A stretch of 63,875 bases of DNA, the filler included. It is 5 parts of 5 records of this genome, joined end to end, with 100 filler letters (N's around TTAATTAATTAA, not from the genome) between each part and the next. Parts side by side here need not be neighbours in the genome. Positions count along the whole stretch, not along the records: positions 43,093 to 63,875 come from DRR378314_903; 4 more parts are not named here. One strand, given 5' to 3'. Positions 43,093-57,347 of the stretch are shown in pieces. How positions within the stretch are numbered: position 1 is the first letter of the stretch; every line of letters begins with the position of its first letter. The translations under genes were made by a program, and so were the position numbers. Below the pieces are notes generated by a model. The model was not told where the DNA came from. It made no database searches and worked only from the letters and a program-made list of their open reading frames with translations.

Positions 43093-44294
43093 CGGCAAGC
43101 GCTGCGACATGTCACCGCTCTCACGGTTCGGCAGGTCGATGTGCAGCCATCTGCTGGCGAAGAACTTCTCATTTCAGCTCAGCTCCTATATCAGTCTCAT
43201 ATGAGCACCGCCACCGTCCAGCTTGTTGCATTATATGGCCCAGCGCGTGTCGGCGCAGCGCTTCTTGCCCATCGTCTTATCCTGCGAAGCTGAGCACACG
43301 TGCTCACAACACAGCGGCGCCGTCCCCGAGCGTGCTGAGTGCAGTGCTACCCATTCTCTTCGCCGGGCATCGGGCGTTCGCGCATTGGAGCACGGCATTC
43401 GGATTTGAGGCGGATCGCACTGTACCTCGACACAGCTGGCTATCACGCTTAAAGCTCACCATGCGCCGCTGCTCTACGGGATGGGACGAGCGCAGCGGAG
43501 CGCAAAACCAGCGTTGCCTGCCAGCGCAGGCAGGCAGCGGTGCGAGCGCGAGGAATGGATCAGCGACGGCCAATCAACACGCGCACACTTGCTACGAACA
43601 ACACCGGACGGTCCAGTGTGGCATACATCAATATATTGCAAACACGATAGGAATGGCGCGTAAACACGCACATATCCTGGCCAACCGCGCGCAATGAGCC
43701 GAGCGTGCCCACGCGCACTCAGCGATCCAGTTCACGCGAATGAGGCAGACGCACTGAGGAGACCCAGACTCCGTGCACAGCGCGCGGTCTTATGCGCATT
43801 TTTCACACATACACATATACGTAGCAAATATACCAAGCAAGAGCACGTGGATGAATCACCAAGGACACAGACTTTGGCAGAGACAGGGCGGCCCGCTCCC
43901 CATATCACGAACATAGGCGCCAGTGCGAGCACCGAGCGCACGAATATGCGAATACAGACGGGCAGCCCGCAGCACGCGCGGCAACACACTTCCAGCGCGA
44001 AGTCCTTTACGCACGGGCAAAGACTTCATCCGCCGCCACCGCCCGCGCTCCGCGCTGGCATTGACGCAAAGGCGCACCGCTTTTGTAGCGTGGCTGTGGG
44101 AGCAAACGCGGCCGCCTGCTCAACGTTCGCCTCGCGTGAACCAGCGGCTCACGGGCTGCGCGAACGCGAGCGCTCGACGACAGTCTCGCCGCCCTGCGAG
44201 CCGCTCCCAAGCCAGTCGCCTCATCGGCCTGATCGCTGCAACGAATGCTGAGGCACCGTGCAGTATCCACCGGCACGCGAATGGACGTAGATAT

Positions 44295-47200
44295 TTAGAT
44301 ATCGCGCTCGTCGTCGGAGTCGCTGTCGCGTCCGGCAGTGGACAGCAGCGGCGCGGCTTCTGTGGCGAACTGCGACCCGGCGCCCTCGTCGTCGTCTACG
44401 ACGCTGTACCCGTAGCGCACGCGATCTTCCACACCGGTCAGCTCCTCGCGCGACGCAGCCGCAGCAGCTTCAGGTTTCGACAGCATGTAGCCCGTGCGCG
44501 CGTCCTCGCGAATAAGCGCGAACCCAGCCACAACTCCAACGCAGACGCAGCACGCGATAAACACCTCGCTCCACGTGTACGTGTTGGTCGCGTCCTTGAT
44601 CGCACCGATGATGAGCGGAGCTGCACACCCGAGGGAAAGGAACCACCGAAGCAGCAGAATGTCAGCGACAAACACGGAAGCAACCAGCAAACAAACAGCC
44701 AACCACACAAAAACGGCAGACCAATCAACTAACCAACCCACCAGCCAACCAGCCCGATACAAAGCGTAACCAAGCCAAACCAACGCGCTGTCGCCGCTCT
44801 AGCTCTGCGAACCACGCCAGGGGCGCATCGCTCCATGCAGCGCATCTCGCTCTCTAAAAGCTAAAGATGTGCGACCAGCAGCGCGTTGCCTTCTGCCGCA
44901 TCGACAGCGCCATCGCAGGCTGTGGAGAGACTCGCATGGGCAGGCAGTAGCGGAGCGCTGTGCGAGCCGTCTACTGACGACCAAGAAAGCACTGTAGCGC
45001 ACGCAGCGCTGTGGCCTATACGATCAACTCCAAATATACTGTTGGCAGAGCAACATGCAGATCACAGCGAGCCGCAACAATCGATGAATGCCGGCGCACG
45101 CACGTCCCTGCGATGAGGGTCGCCGATGTCACTCCTCCGCTCGCCGGAACACGTACCGAGCGCAAGTCCAGCATTCTGCACAGCAGTGCTAAAACCCATG
45201 CCAATCCCGACGTTGCGCTCGTCAACAACGAGCACAATGGACGGCCACAGCGCCGCGGCGTACACCGAGTATCTGGTGGGTGGCAACAGAGCGCAATGCA
45301 GCGGCGAGGTGCACGTTAGCGGTGGCGCGCCTCGGCTCACACACTGCGCTCGGACCAACACTCGCAGGTCGTCGTATACGCGAACACTGCAGTCATCAAA
45401 ATGCAAAAATGCCAAGAGGACGAATACTGTCGCGCACGGGAGGAGAACAGATAAAGCGCTGGATTTGGAGCGGTCCGTATTCACGTGGCAAAAGAGCGAC
45501 ACTTCGGCGCGCGCCGCCACTCGTCGGCCAGCCACTTGCTGCAGAAGCAGGTTACCAGTCAAACTTTCTTACTTGCCACGGACAGCCGGAAACATGGCAA
45601 AGGATGACTCCAGTACAGCGGAAAAACGACTCCTTGCAAATCACTACAAACGGCGCACAGACTGCGCGACGCAAATGGACAGGGACCCCCGGCATTAATC
45701 CCCCCCGCTTCTTCCAACTGCCATCACCCGGGACAATTCGCTTACGTACCCGAGTCCGAGGAAGACAAGCGGCACATATGGCGTAATGCGCGTAAACGCG
45801 AACGCAAAGTGGACACTGGCAAGAATGATCGATGATGTGGTGATGAACTGTGGACGATAACCGAAGCGGTCGACGAAGTGGCCCAGAATGGGAGAAATGG
45901 CAGCTGTGTTCCGCACCGAAAGCAATGAGAGAGCAAAACAGCGTCGGTGCCGGAAACAAAGGACGCGGGGAAACACACACACACAAAAAAAAAAAACACC
46001 GTCTTTGTTAGCAACCCATGGCAGTTTGAAGAAGAAGGAAGAAACGGAAAAGTAGTACAACTTCGTTCCCGACAACGGCCATGTGCGAGTCGCGTCCATC
46101 CTGCCCACTCAGAACGAGGACGCAACAAAACAAGAAAGATGGCACATCTGCGCCGCGAAGATATTGCGACAGACTGTGCTGCGGAACACGAATGTATTCA
46201 CGTGCTCGATCGAAGCGGAACAAAGTGATCACATTAGCAATTGCGCATCTATCTTCGCACGTTACATCGAATCCACCGTGCAACGGGACGCCGGAAGGAG
46301 GACGAAGATGTAAACTTCACCGACAGAGCAAGGACAAAAACGACTCCCCAGCGCGCGGGAAAGATGCTACTCGACTACGGCGTAACTCTACGAAACAAAG
46401 ACTAGCCTAAAGCAACTAAAAGAAAAAAGATGTTCTTCATTACTGTGCCACAAGAGCAATTGCGGTAACAATCGATGCGAAAAAGGAAGAATCGTCGAGG
46501 GTGGCAAGAGGAACATCGCCATACATAGAATACTGGCGCGAAAGTGCAACCAGCCAACTGATGTTGAAAAGAAATACAATGCCGTAGGTTCGACGACCAC
46601 AAACAAAAAAGTCATCGCGTCACTGTAGTGGACTGGGGGCGAACCTGAGATAATGTACGGAATTCCCTCCACTGTTCCGGACTTCACTTTCGAGTAGTGA
46701 TAGCGATCGGTGAGGAAGTTGGCGGCGTTGTTCATAAAGGGCATCACAGCGATGTACGTCGCCACACAGCTACGACAGACGCGACGAACGAAGAACGGCG
46801 ACGGAGAGAAAAGGCGAAATTAGCAGTAATACTCTGCGGTAGGAATATGCGAGAGCGAACCACGGGGGACTCGGTGTCTCTGCGTCTTTCTCGTACAGAT
46901 GAGGCGATGCAGGCGCGGCGCTCTCTCCACAAATACGCATCAGTGTGTGCTCAACAGAGCAGACTTTCCACGACAAAGTATAAAACACATTTTTTTACGC
47001 AGCCAGATACACATCCTATCACATGTAGTCCCTTCGCACGCCTGGGGCGTACCTTGCTGTAATAAGCCAGTATTTGCGCGAGAAATGACGAACTTGGCGC
47101 AGCTGCTCTTTCAGCGGACGCGTATCGAGGTCTTCGAGAGCAGCAGCCTGGATTCCAGCGAAACACGGAGACCAGCAAAGCAAAATTAAGGTTTCCAGGG

Positions 47201-50200
47201 TGACCCGCACGTTGCAAAAGTACATAACGAATGGCCACGTCCTAGCGCTTCATTCACGAACAACTTTCTCGCAAGAGGAGTGAAACGATATGCGACGCGA
47301 ACGAGGGTCGAAGGGAGTGAGGCTGAAGCAAATCCCTCGTCCAGCGCTGTACTGCTGATCACAGTTGGGAACTAGTATATGAATAAGTTGCCATCGTCCC
47401 GCCGTAGTAGCATGAAGTACAGCACAGTACATCCACCACTCTTTGGCGCGAGGCACGATGGAGAATGCACCGCAGATGCTCAGTCACTCGCCCACAAACG
47501 CGATCGTCTTGCAACATTACAATATGTCAGAGCGACGGCGTCCGTTTCTCGGAGCGGGAAAGTGCTTCGGATGGACCATACGCTCAAGTGCTGCCGCTTG
47601 CGTCAATTTCTCTTCACTTACGTTTTCCTCGTACAGACTCTTCGTTCGCGACATCTCAATCTCCTTGTCGGTGCGCTTGTCAAGCGACGATGCGACGAGT
47701 GCGCTTATGAGCGACAGGACGCAGATTCCCGCTCCGATCCACAGTCCCGGCGCAACGTATCCGAAGTGGTCAGAGAACCGCGGCTGCAAAGGTATCCGCA
47801 AGATGGGTGTTTGCGCAAGGTAGGCATGATCCAGCGTTACGCGCTACAGTAGAGTATGACTCGGGATGGGAACGGCATGCAAAGTAGAGCTGCTTCCTTT
47901 CTTGGAGGAGCCCAACGAAGGCATCGGTGCTTTAATGTGAGGCGCGGAGCGCGCTCGCGTGGTACAAAGCAGGCAACTACGTAGCGAGAGCACGGTAGCA
48001 CACATCGTTTGAACATCGAAGAGAGTACAGTATGGTTTCGCGCTCGTAGCAATGGCCGAATGGCGCACACTACGCACGGTCCAGTGCAGGGGAAAAGGGA
48101 ACGGATGAACGAGGAGCTCGGCGCGCAGTTGCGCATGTGCCCCTCAATCACACTGATGATCGATAACCAACTGATCGCGCTTGCGCGCGCGCGTACAACA
48201 TAAAAAGCCATATCGATCAGGACGAGCACGCAACCAAGCAGAAAAGCCAATGCGGTAAAAAAAGAGAGAAACAGCGCGGGTGGGAGGGTGCGGGCGTGCT
48301 GCCTCGTTGGGCGGAGAATCCTTTGGGAACCTCCTCGTTGAGAGTCGGAAAATTCGCACCTCTGCATTATCGTTTGCGACAGAACCCAATCTGGCGATAC
48401 TCAGATTGAGACCCATTGCCATCGCGAGTTCACGGCCGCGGAACCACTTCGCCACAAAGGCCGACTGGGCGACGCACAGGGATTCTCCGCCCATTCCTGT
48501 ACAAAAGGAGACATGTGCAAAAGTATGCGCGCGCGCGCACGGGAGAGTGTCGTGGCAAAGGACCAGGTCAGCAAGAGAAAGATGAGATCGGATCGCGCAC
48601 GAAGCGATGCCTGACCTTTCGCACTAATGTACAGCAATCACACCCCGGAATGGCACCCCGACGAAGCAGGGATCGCGCAACAAGACGCTGCAGCGCATTG
48701 CCAACTGGTAGTCTAGTGCTATCTCATCACGATTGTTCGCTGCGAGGGTTTCCCTGCTGCTGGCGCAACAAACCATGACAAAGGAAGACGACAACTGTGT
48801 GCTGTGCTGCCGCTTCCTTCCACGCTGTCCGCACGATCGCGCAAGGTAGAATGATACGGACGAGAGGAAGGTGGTGCGCTGTTCTTCCGCCCTTCTCGAT
48901 TTTGCTTTTTTTCGAGAGTAAGGAAGAACACTGCTCAAATGGAGCGCCATGCCGTGCAAATGCAACGGGCGTAAAACTTTTGCCCGCAAAGGTAGACGCC
49001 GAGGCTCGGCACTTTGTCAACGAACCGAAAATAACTCGGCCCAGCAGCATGATTTCGTAGATCTGCAGCTGGGCTCCGAGCGCGAAAAAGCACTGCCCAA
49101 TGAGCACCAGCACACAAAAAATGATGGTGCTCGATCGAACTCCGAAACGATCAACCATGATACCGCCAAGAAACGGGAGAACCGTGTTCGGAATCGAGTA
49201 GACAGAGTACAGCTACTCCACCAAAGCAGTACAGGGGCGCACCGTTCAGAAAAAACAACAACAGGATTTGCACGCGAGCCGGGTTAGGAACGAAGAAAAG
49301 AAAAGAGGAAGAGCTATGCAAAGCTACAGGTCATAGCAGTGAAGATACGCGATGCAGCGTCCGCATCAAGCGGCGGGCATAATGATCAGAGCTCAACAGT
49401 ATTGGAATCGAGCGACAGAACATCAACAGCTCGCCAGTGACATTCAAGCACTACGAATGAAAAAATAATAATTAGACATTCGAAAATAACAAGGCTACAG
49501 CGCGCGTGCGATGTGTAGAAAGAGCATTACAGGCTACAGAAACGCATTCCGGGGCGTTGTGATCTTGGGTGACAGCGGGCGCGCCACATACACAGCTGCT
49601 GCGTATATCCATGCACTCGCACAGAAAAGGGCAAGCGCGTCCTCCACGACGAAACGTACCAAGTTGTACTGAAAAGTAGAAATTCCAATTTCCTATAGTA
49701 CATAACAAATAGCATCACAAGCGCAGAAAATTAAACGTCGACTGGTAGGACTTCGCCTCTACTGCACCCTGCACGCGCTCTGAGCGAAAAAAAAGGGGGA
49801 AATTAACAAATAAATACGATCCCTGACTTTTGAAACGCAAGTTCCCAAGGAAAGCACTTCAAGCGCACACCCCGCATGAGCTATGGAAGAACGCGTCCCA
49901 TTTTGGCACAAGCGGAGAATGTGTCAGAAGGAAAGCATACCTTCTCAAGGTCCGTTTGCAACGGTGACGGGTTGTCGTACACGAAGTAATTGCCAAACTG
50001 CACACAGAGGAAGCGTACAACAGGTGTGAGAAAGCGGTGAACATTTCCGCTGGTACTTGGTACATTTTGCAGCGTCCTTGACACCCTTGTACTCCAGCCG
50101 CGCAGCTATGGAAAAGGCTTATCCGATACAGGTACTTGTACTATGATAGAGTGTATATGACACACTAACTCTAGCTTCCGCATTGCTAGGTTGGAATTGT

Positions 50201-51168
50201 CAGGGTATATCTGTTCGCGCGGGAAGGAGCGCAAGCGGAAAAGGTGAAGCGAGTCGCCGCGCTGGGCGCCGACTGCCGACGCTCCCTGCAGATCATAACC
50301 GAATCGAAGGGGGTTTCCTGTTCATTTCTCTCACTATTCCCGCGAGCACAGACATGACTTCCTTCAAGTACAGCAAAGTATGCGTTCTTGAGCTGCGCTG
50401 ATACAGCCATTCAACCTTGCATTGGTTTAACTGTGTGCTTCTACAGGTCGCGACCGGCCGCACGCAACGCAGCGCACGAGCCCTGTGCGCCTCCGTCCCG
50501 TCAGCATGTGCGGCACCACACATGTTCCTCACCAGCGTCCGTGCACGAGAGCGACATTCTCTTGACAGATGAGCCAAACGTAAGCAATGCTACCAGCTCG
50601 GACCGTGGATAGGCCACATGTTCGTCGGTGGAGAGAGCCGCTGAAGCAGTATGCTCCAAGGGTGACGAGCGCGGCTGAGCTCCTGGCGCCTCGGGCTGGG
50701 ACTCAGCAACAATAGCAACCAGCGAGCGCACTCGAGCTGCAGGCCGTGGAGCTGTAGCTGTACGACGCAGTGGGATCGATACGAGCAATAGCGGCACCGC
50801 ACAATGAAATCCTACTCCTACACGAACAAATCTAGTTTCTTTTCAGGAATGGTCGCGCATGGGAGGCAAGGAGGAGTCGGAGTCTGTCCCGTTCTTGGTA
50901 AACGTTCCCGCTGCTTCTGGCCAACGCGCGCGGTAGAGCAGATGCGTGCGCGGCGTCAGGGGCCCAGCGGGACGGTTCATAGAGACCCGCGCCACCTGCG
51001 CAGCGAGAATGCATCGCCGCGGCGCCTTGCGCGAGCGCAAATCCAATACGCGCATGTCGCATCACTGCATCACATACATACCATGAAGAAACATGACAAT
51101 CCAAGGATAGAGTACCGCAGAGTGGGATTGCTGCGCGACCAGTACGCGTCCGCGCGCGTGTCCGACAT
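44295..51168 (-). CDS. Spliced eukaryotic MFS transporter, MFSD1-like (11 predicted exons)
   Basis: Exons at 51168-51082, 49997-49941, 49692-49660, 49212-49026, 48496-48360, 47783-47622, 47147-47053, 46769-46645, 45903-45750, 45272-45157 and 44620-44295. They give FGNYFVYDNPSPLQ, LYSVYSIPN, GRVIFGMGGESLCVAQ, WFRGRELAMAMG, LWPSI and AVQNAGLAL. Confidence 0.88.
44680..44782. repeat. Degenerate tetranucleotide microsatellite (AACC/AGCC/AAAC) in the last MFS intron
   Basis: ...caaccagcaaacaaacagccaacc...accaatcaactaaccaacccaccagccaaccagcc... Confidence 0.7.
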
Positions 51169-52568
51169 TTCTGAGGCAACTTTCCAACGAGGTTCGGAAC
51201 TCGGCAAAGATTAACAGCAGCCTCTTAACAGACGCAAGACTTCTCACGCAAATAAAGTGCTGCAATTACGAACACTCTGATGGACGTCAGAGATACACTC
51301 TCTTCTGCAGAGCAGAAGAAACGGTGGATTTGGAACGCGAAACCTCGTCCATGCAGCGCGGGAAGGCGCTTTGTGGCTGCTTATGGGCGCATGCACGCCG
51401 CGTGCGCTGAATGGCAGATTGACTGCGAATAGGCACGATAGGCGCGGTCTGCCGGTGCCGAGGCCTGATCACGTACGCGCCCTTGGCTTCCCAATAAAGC
51501 AGAAGGTAAATTGGAGAAAGCGATATTCGTGCACCTCGTCGCGCTGCTTCGCTGGCGAACCCTACCACGAGCGGGGCCGACCTCGTGTAGAGACGACGCG
51601 GACAAGCTCAATGACTGGTAGCTCGTAGCTTGAATGCTTGTGAAAAACTTGCCCAAAAGTTGTCAAGTAAGAAACATATTTTGGGATAGCGTGCTCTGAT
51701 AAGGGTTGAAGACTCCCCAAATGGAAATTCCACCTTGCGCCTGACAAGCACCCCGCTTGTAGGTGATAAGCACGGCGGTAGAAGAAGCAGCCAGTGGCGG
51801 CTGCGTTTGATCATCGGACTTCTTCCCCGCCTCTCTTACCTCCTCGCACGAATCTCATGAATCTAGCTTTACTTGGAGGTTGTGCAAAAGAAAAGATAAT
51901 GCCGATCTTGGCCAATCGCGCGAGAAACAGACGTGATGTTTGGCGATAGTTTTCGCTGCGCAGATGAAACACCATTTTGGCTAGCACAGTAGCGTGGCGG
52001 TGCTGGGTTGGGCATGCTGGAGTTGGTTCTTTTCAAGGTAATCCTTTCGAATAAGTACCGTCCAAAGACAGAAGTGGATATGACCTCGACGGATATATGC
52101 CAGCTTCGTGCATAGCAGCTTGCAACCTGCTCGGTGATGCTTGGCGTGTGGCCGGGAAGTGGCATCGTGCACAGCGCGCCAGTTGGCCCTGACGGATACT
52201 CCAACAGGCGAAGTTACCTGTTGGAATCTTGGTCTGGCAACTCTTCAATGGCACCCGTTTCACATCGATTCGGTGTGCTACTGATACATTGCAATGAGAC
52301 TGCACTGGCACATTTCACCCAGGGCGATGTCAGTTTCTTGGAAAGTTTGAAGAGGTGGAAGTAGCTCTTTCTGAGCATATACTGCGTCCTCGGGAGGCTT
52401 CGGTGTACCACGAAAATTTCGTCAGAATGGTTATTCTCTGTACATTGGGGAAAATTGAGACACTGGCGCAGCTTGGAGCTGTTCCTTCGCCTCGGATTCA
52501 GCGCGAGCGCTTGCCACTCAAAGCTTGCGCACGGTGCGGTGGGATTCCATAACGTTTGCGGCACAATC

Positions 52569-55500
52569 ATGGCTGAAGAAGTGACGGAGCAGCTGCAAAA
52601 GACCACTGTGTCGGAAGAAACGGTAGACAAGGCCGATGAAACGGAAAAGCCGACGAGTGTCGTCGAGGTTCGCCTGCTGGAGCCCCGGTGCTTGCAGCTT
52701 CTTCCCCCCTTGCTGGTCCTTTGGCGTGCGCGCTGCTTTTGTCCCGTCTTTCCCGTGCTGGCGTACTCGGCGGATGGCCGGTGGGCCCGGCACACGTTGC
52801 TGCTCTCTATCGCAATGTGATGTTTTTCTCATATGTAACGTTCTTCTGAAAAACACAGTGTGCAGGCGCCCTGGAAGCGCCTGCTCGGCCTTGCTGCTCC
52901 TCTGCGCTTTCAGGCGTACGTCGGGCAGCCAGCTCGCCGTGTTGCAGGCGCTTTGGCAGTGCTGCGTGACCCGTGTACCGCTCACGTGCCTGTACGTCCT
53001 TTGTGGCCGCTTGGTTACTCCATGATAAGGACCAGCGCCAGTTCTGATTCAAAAGCGCTGTTGCTGCGCTGATCCCCCGTGAAACCACGGTATTTATCGG
53101 TGCGATATGGCTGGCATTGTTGCGCGCTGCACCTCGGTGTGTCTCTCGTCGTCGCGCAGCTGAACGCGGAACAGCAGGCGCGTTTCGACCTCATCCACAG
53201 TGTCGGCGAGGAGTGTGTCCAAGAGGATGAGCTCAAGAAATTGCTCACGTGGTGCGAAGAACCGATCTGCTATGATGGATTCGAGCCCTCAGGCCGTATG
53301 CACATCGCACAGGTACGCCTCTGGCCTTGTTGTGCGCGGTGTACGAGTCTGGTAGCACGCGATTTGCGCTTGCTGCGCTTTGTGCCGACCTGCGTGCGCT
53401 TTTATCACGCCGCGGATTTGCGTGACAGCACAACGTGAGAAACCTCGCATATTTTTGCTACAGAATATCAGTCATCGTATGACTTTGCAGGCATGAAGTG
53501 AGGAGGAAGTGCCTGTATATGCATACAGCCAGCGTTAAGTGGTGGCGCTCTTCGTTTGTCCGCTGCGGCGCGTAGCGCTGCGCGTCTTTTGTTCGCTTCT
53601 GCGTGGCCACTTTCGACACCAAAAGCTGCGTATTTGGGCCTCCGCTCGTGCATGTAAACGTAGACAAGTCCAGATGGTGATGCAACTAGGAGAATCATAT
53701 CAGCATGCGCTGTATCGCTATGTACCTGCATGCGCGCTCTTCTTGTCTCCAGCTCGGGACACATTTTGCAGCTCTCAACCATTGGCTGCCTGTGTACGCT
53801 GCATCGTAGTGGCGTTGTTCACGCGCTCGTGCCTTTCTCCGCGATAATGACGCAGCGGTGGAACTCGGGCGGACTTTAGCTAGACCGACCTCCGCTCATG
53901 TGCGACCTGTTCGCCTTTCCCGTGTCTTCTCTGACATTCTCCATGATGCGCGCTTCTTCGCACTGTGCAGGGTGTCTTCAAGGCTGTTAACGTGAACAAA
54001 TTGACAAAGGCCGGGTGCCGCTTCATCTTCTGGGTGGCGGACTGGTTCGCTCAACTGAACAACAAAATGGGCGGAGACCTAAAAAAGATTCAGGCTGTAG
54101 GACGCTACATGATTGAGGTACGAGCAAGGAGGCGCGGGATCGAGGCGCACCTTAACCTCTGCGAAGTGCGAGAGCGCTGCCTCTCTCCCTCTCGCTGCCT
54201 GTACTTCACTTTGCGCGCCTGTCGCCCTTCCTCTAGCTTATTCGCATGCGTTGTGGCTGGAAGTGGCGGTATACCAAAGGCAATATTTTTTGGCGCGGGG
54301 GGGGGAGGGAGGGGTGGAGAACTGCGTTTTACAGGGTATCACGGTGAAGCTTACGCTGCGCAGTACCACTTGGGTGATGGATGTCGGTTCTTGTTTCCAA
54401 TCCCACTGTCTCGCTAGGTTGCTGCGACGCGATTGGGTACCATCCTTCGCTTTGTTGTCTTTTCTTCTTCAGCGGGCTGGGGGAATGTTTCCTCCGCGTT
54501 GCGTGGATATTTACCTCGCCCGCGCTGCGCTCCACGTTGTTGCCAATCGTGCAGATCTGGAAAGCGATTGGTATGGACATGGACAAAGTCGAGTTCCGTT
54601 GGGCATCGGAAGACATCAATGCAAGGTACTCCAAAGCGTATCCTGCACAATGTAGCTCGCACAGAATATCAACAACTATTTGCACTGCTCCGCAGCTTGT
54701 TGCAGCAGAGAAAATAGAGTTTGTTTACCGTCGCGCGAGGGAGTAAGGAAACGCGACGTTCTTGTTCGTTGGACGCGAAAGAAAATGACCTTTCTCGCTG
54801 CAACGAGGACAGCTTTGTCTCATCATTCCGAATTTCGTCGCCAAGCTGCAGTGACTTCGTTTCTTGTTCCCAGTTTTCTCTGTGGACATTGCTGGCGCGA
54901 CAAAAAAAGCAGGAGTTGCTGCTCTTGATCTGCATTTTCCACGCGAGGACGTGTCTTTGTCCTCGTGTACAGCGCATTGCTCACGTCGAGTATCGTCGTA
55001 TATACGGAGCCCTTGTTCTTGCGTATTGACCGGATTTTGTCGTTGTATCATATAATTCATGTATCAAATTGTTCTTTTGAACCGGTGCTTGTGCGAATTC
55101 CTTTTCCTTTGTGCTCACATCTCCAGGCCCGGTGAATACTGGTCTCTTGTGATGGATATTGCGCGCCGAAACAAGCTTCCGCGAATCCTGCGTTGCTGTA
55201 CGATTATGGGAAGGAAAGAAACCGACGAGCTCAGCGCTTCGCAGATCTTCTACCCGTGTATGCAGTGCGCTGACATCTTTTTCCTCAAGGTATTGCTATG
55301 AGATCGCCAGAACGTGATTGTCGCGAGCAAAGTTTCTTTGGTTGTGCTGGTTGGTCGTGGAGCAACGCATTTCGTGTCTCATCGCGTTTTCGTTCTAGTG
55401 TATTGCACGTCGATCACGCAATCGTGCGATCCATTGCAAAGTTGGGAAAACCGTGTTACCGCACGAACATTGTACTACTGCATTACGCATTCGATACTAT

Positions 55501-57347
55501 TATGAACAGAGCGCGCTTGGTTAATTTTCTTTGTTTCTGCTTTTTTTCACCGGATATTGTTGACGATACATGTATGACGCACATCGAGCGCTAAGCTGGA
55601 ATGTGGTTTCCCCTTTCTGGTCCGTATGGCCGTTGTTTGCTGTACTGCGAGACAACATGTGCGTCCCTTATGTTTCTGTTTCGATCCATGTCGCTGGTTT
55701 CGTGTATTCCGCTCCGTTCAAAGGCTCACATTTGCCAACTCGGAATGGATCAGCGAAAGGTCAACATGCTCGCGCGAGAGTACGCGACGTCGAAGAAGAT
55801 GCGTAACAAGCCTGTGATCCTCTCGCACTCGATGCTTCCCGGTCTCCTCGAAGTGCGTCTGCACGGAACTTTGGCATTACTCGTCTTCTCGTGTACATCC
55901 CGTTTCTTTTTCCTGCGTTCTGTGGCACTGCTGGAGTGCTTCGTTTGGCGTCCTTTTCGAGGTCGTTGCAGCAAATCGCCGTTGTGAGCAGGAACGGCGG
56001 GAAAGAGTTGCGGAACGTGTTGTGAAAAAGCAGCGAGTTGTCGGTGAACGAATCGCCTGCAATTCGCTTCACTACACCACCTACATTCATTTACATTGTA
56101 GAAGAGCGAGGGACGATGTGCTTCGTGTTAGGTCTCCTTTTGCCTTCACCGTGTAAAATCCAGGAAACCGAGACTGCTGTGGGTGAAGTGCTCACTTTGT
56201 GTCTCTGCGAGGAGCGGGAGCTGAAAGTCTGCAATAGGGAGAGAAAGAAAATTGAAACAGTGGTCGAAGCGCATCCAGTTCTCCCAACGTACGACATGTC
56301 GCTGATCGTGGCTCCGTATTGTGTTGTTTTTATTCGAATTCGCTCTCGCTTTTGTCTGTGCGATGCGTCGTCCATACCAGGGGCAAGAGAAAATGTCCAA
56401 ATCAGATCCGAACTCTGCGATTTTCATGGAGGACAGTGCGCAGATTGTGAACTCGAAGATCAAGCGCGCGTATTGTCCGCCGGGCGTTACAGAGGGTAAT
56501 CCCTGTCTCGCTTATGCAAAGTTCATCGTTTTTGAGAAACTCGGATACTTCGAGGTTTCGCGCTCCGAGGAGAACGGCGGAAACCGCAAGTACGAGCAGT
56601 ACAGCGAACTGGAGAGAGATTACGCTTCGGGTACACTCCATCCAGGTGCGTGGCTAGCGTTGCGAATTTTTTTTCCTGCTGAGCGAGTGTTGCGTTTGTT
56701 TTGTTCGCGATGACGCGCACGAAGGTACAGTGTCGGGCGCGCAGCTCGCGCACGAGGACGAGAGGGTTTTGCGGTCGCATCGAACTGGGGTCAGAGAAGC
56801 ACGGGGGAAACCAAAGGGAACGACCTCTCGCACGAATACGCTGTAAGCCTGACGCATGGTCCGAATATGATCGACTCGTTTCGCCGCGTGCTTGGTTCGC
56901 GTTGTTTCGGGTGTTTGTTGTTACTCCCCGCTGTGGGCTTTCCCCTGCGCGCGCTCTTCCTCCTCCGCTCTGCCGGGTGTCAGAACACGTTGCGCTGCGG
57001 GGCACACGCCGCAGCGAGCTGACCGCCGCTTCGACAATGCGAAAGCGCAGACACAATGCGCGGTTCGAGCGGCGCTGTTATGTAGCCCATCGTGGCGTTC
57101 GGGGGGTTTCTTCGTGGCGGCACGCGAACTTTCGCAATCGGCATGTTGCCCCGATATTCGCTCCGCACTCCTTGCTCACGGCAATGCGCCTCTGCCCTTG
57201 CTTGGTTGGTTGAGCTCAGGCGATCTCAAGCCGGCGCTGGCGAAGCACATTAACGAGATCCTCGAGCCTGTGCGGGAGCACTTTGCCAAGAATCCCGAGG
57301 CGAAGCGTCTTTTGAAGCAGATCCAGAGCTTCAAGGTCACGCGCTAG
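52569..57347 (+). CDS. Spliced cytosolic tyrosyl-tRNA synthetase, plant/protist (archaeal-like) type (8 exons)
   Basis: Exons at 52569-52667, 53160-53312, 53971-54117, 54555-54625, 55127-55289, 55724-55852, 56381-56645 and 57220-57347. Motifs YDGFEPSGRMHIAQ, YPCMQCADIF, QLGMDQRKVNMLAREY, KMSKSDP and LHPGDLK. Confidence 0.95.

Noticed and set aside
44621..44783. Trp-rich N-terminus (WLVGWLVDW) of ORF 44295..44783
   Set aside because: Translation of an intronic microsatellite; the real exon starts at 44620.
51200..52560. Short ORFs between the MFS and TyrRS genes
   Set aside because: No recognisable domain or consistent exon chain; treated as intergenic/promoter sequence.
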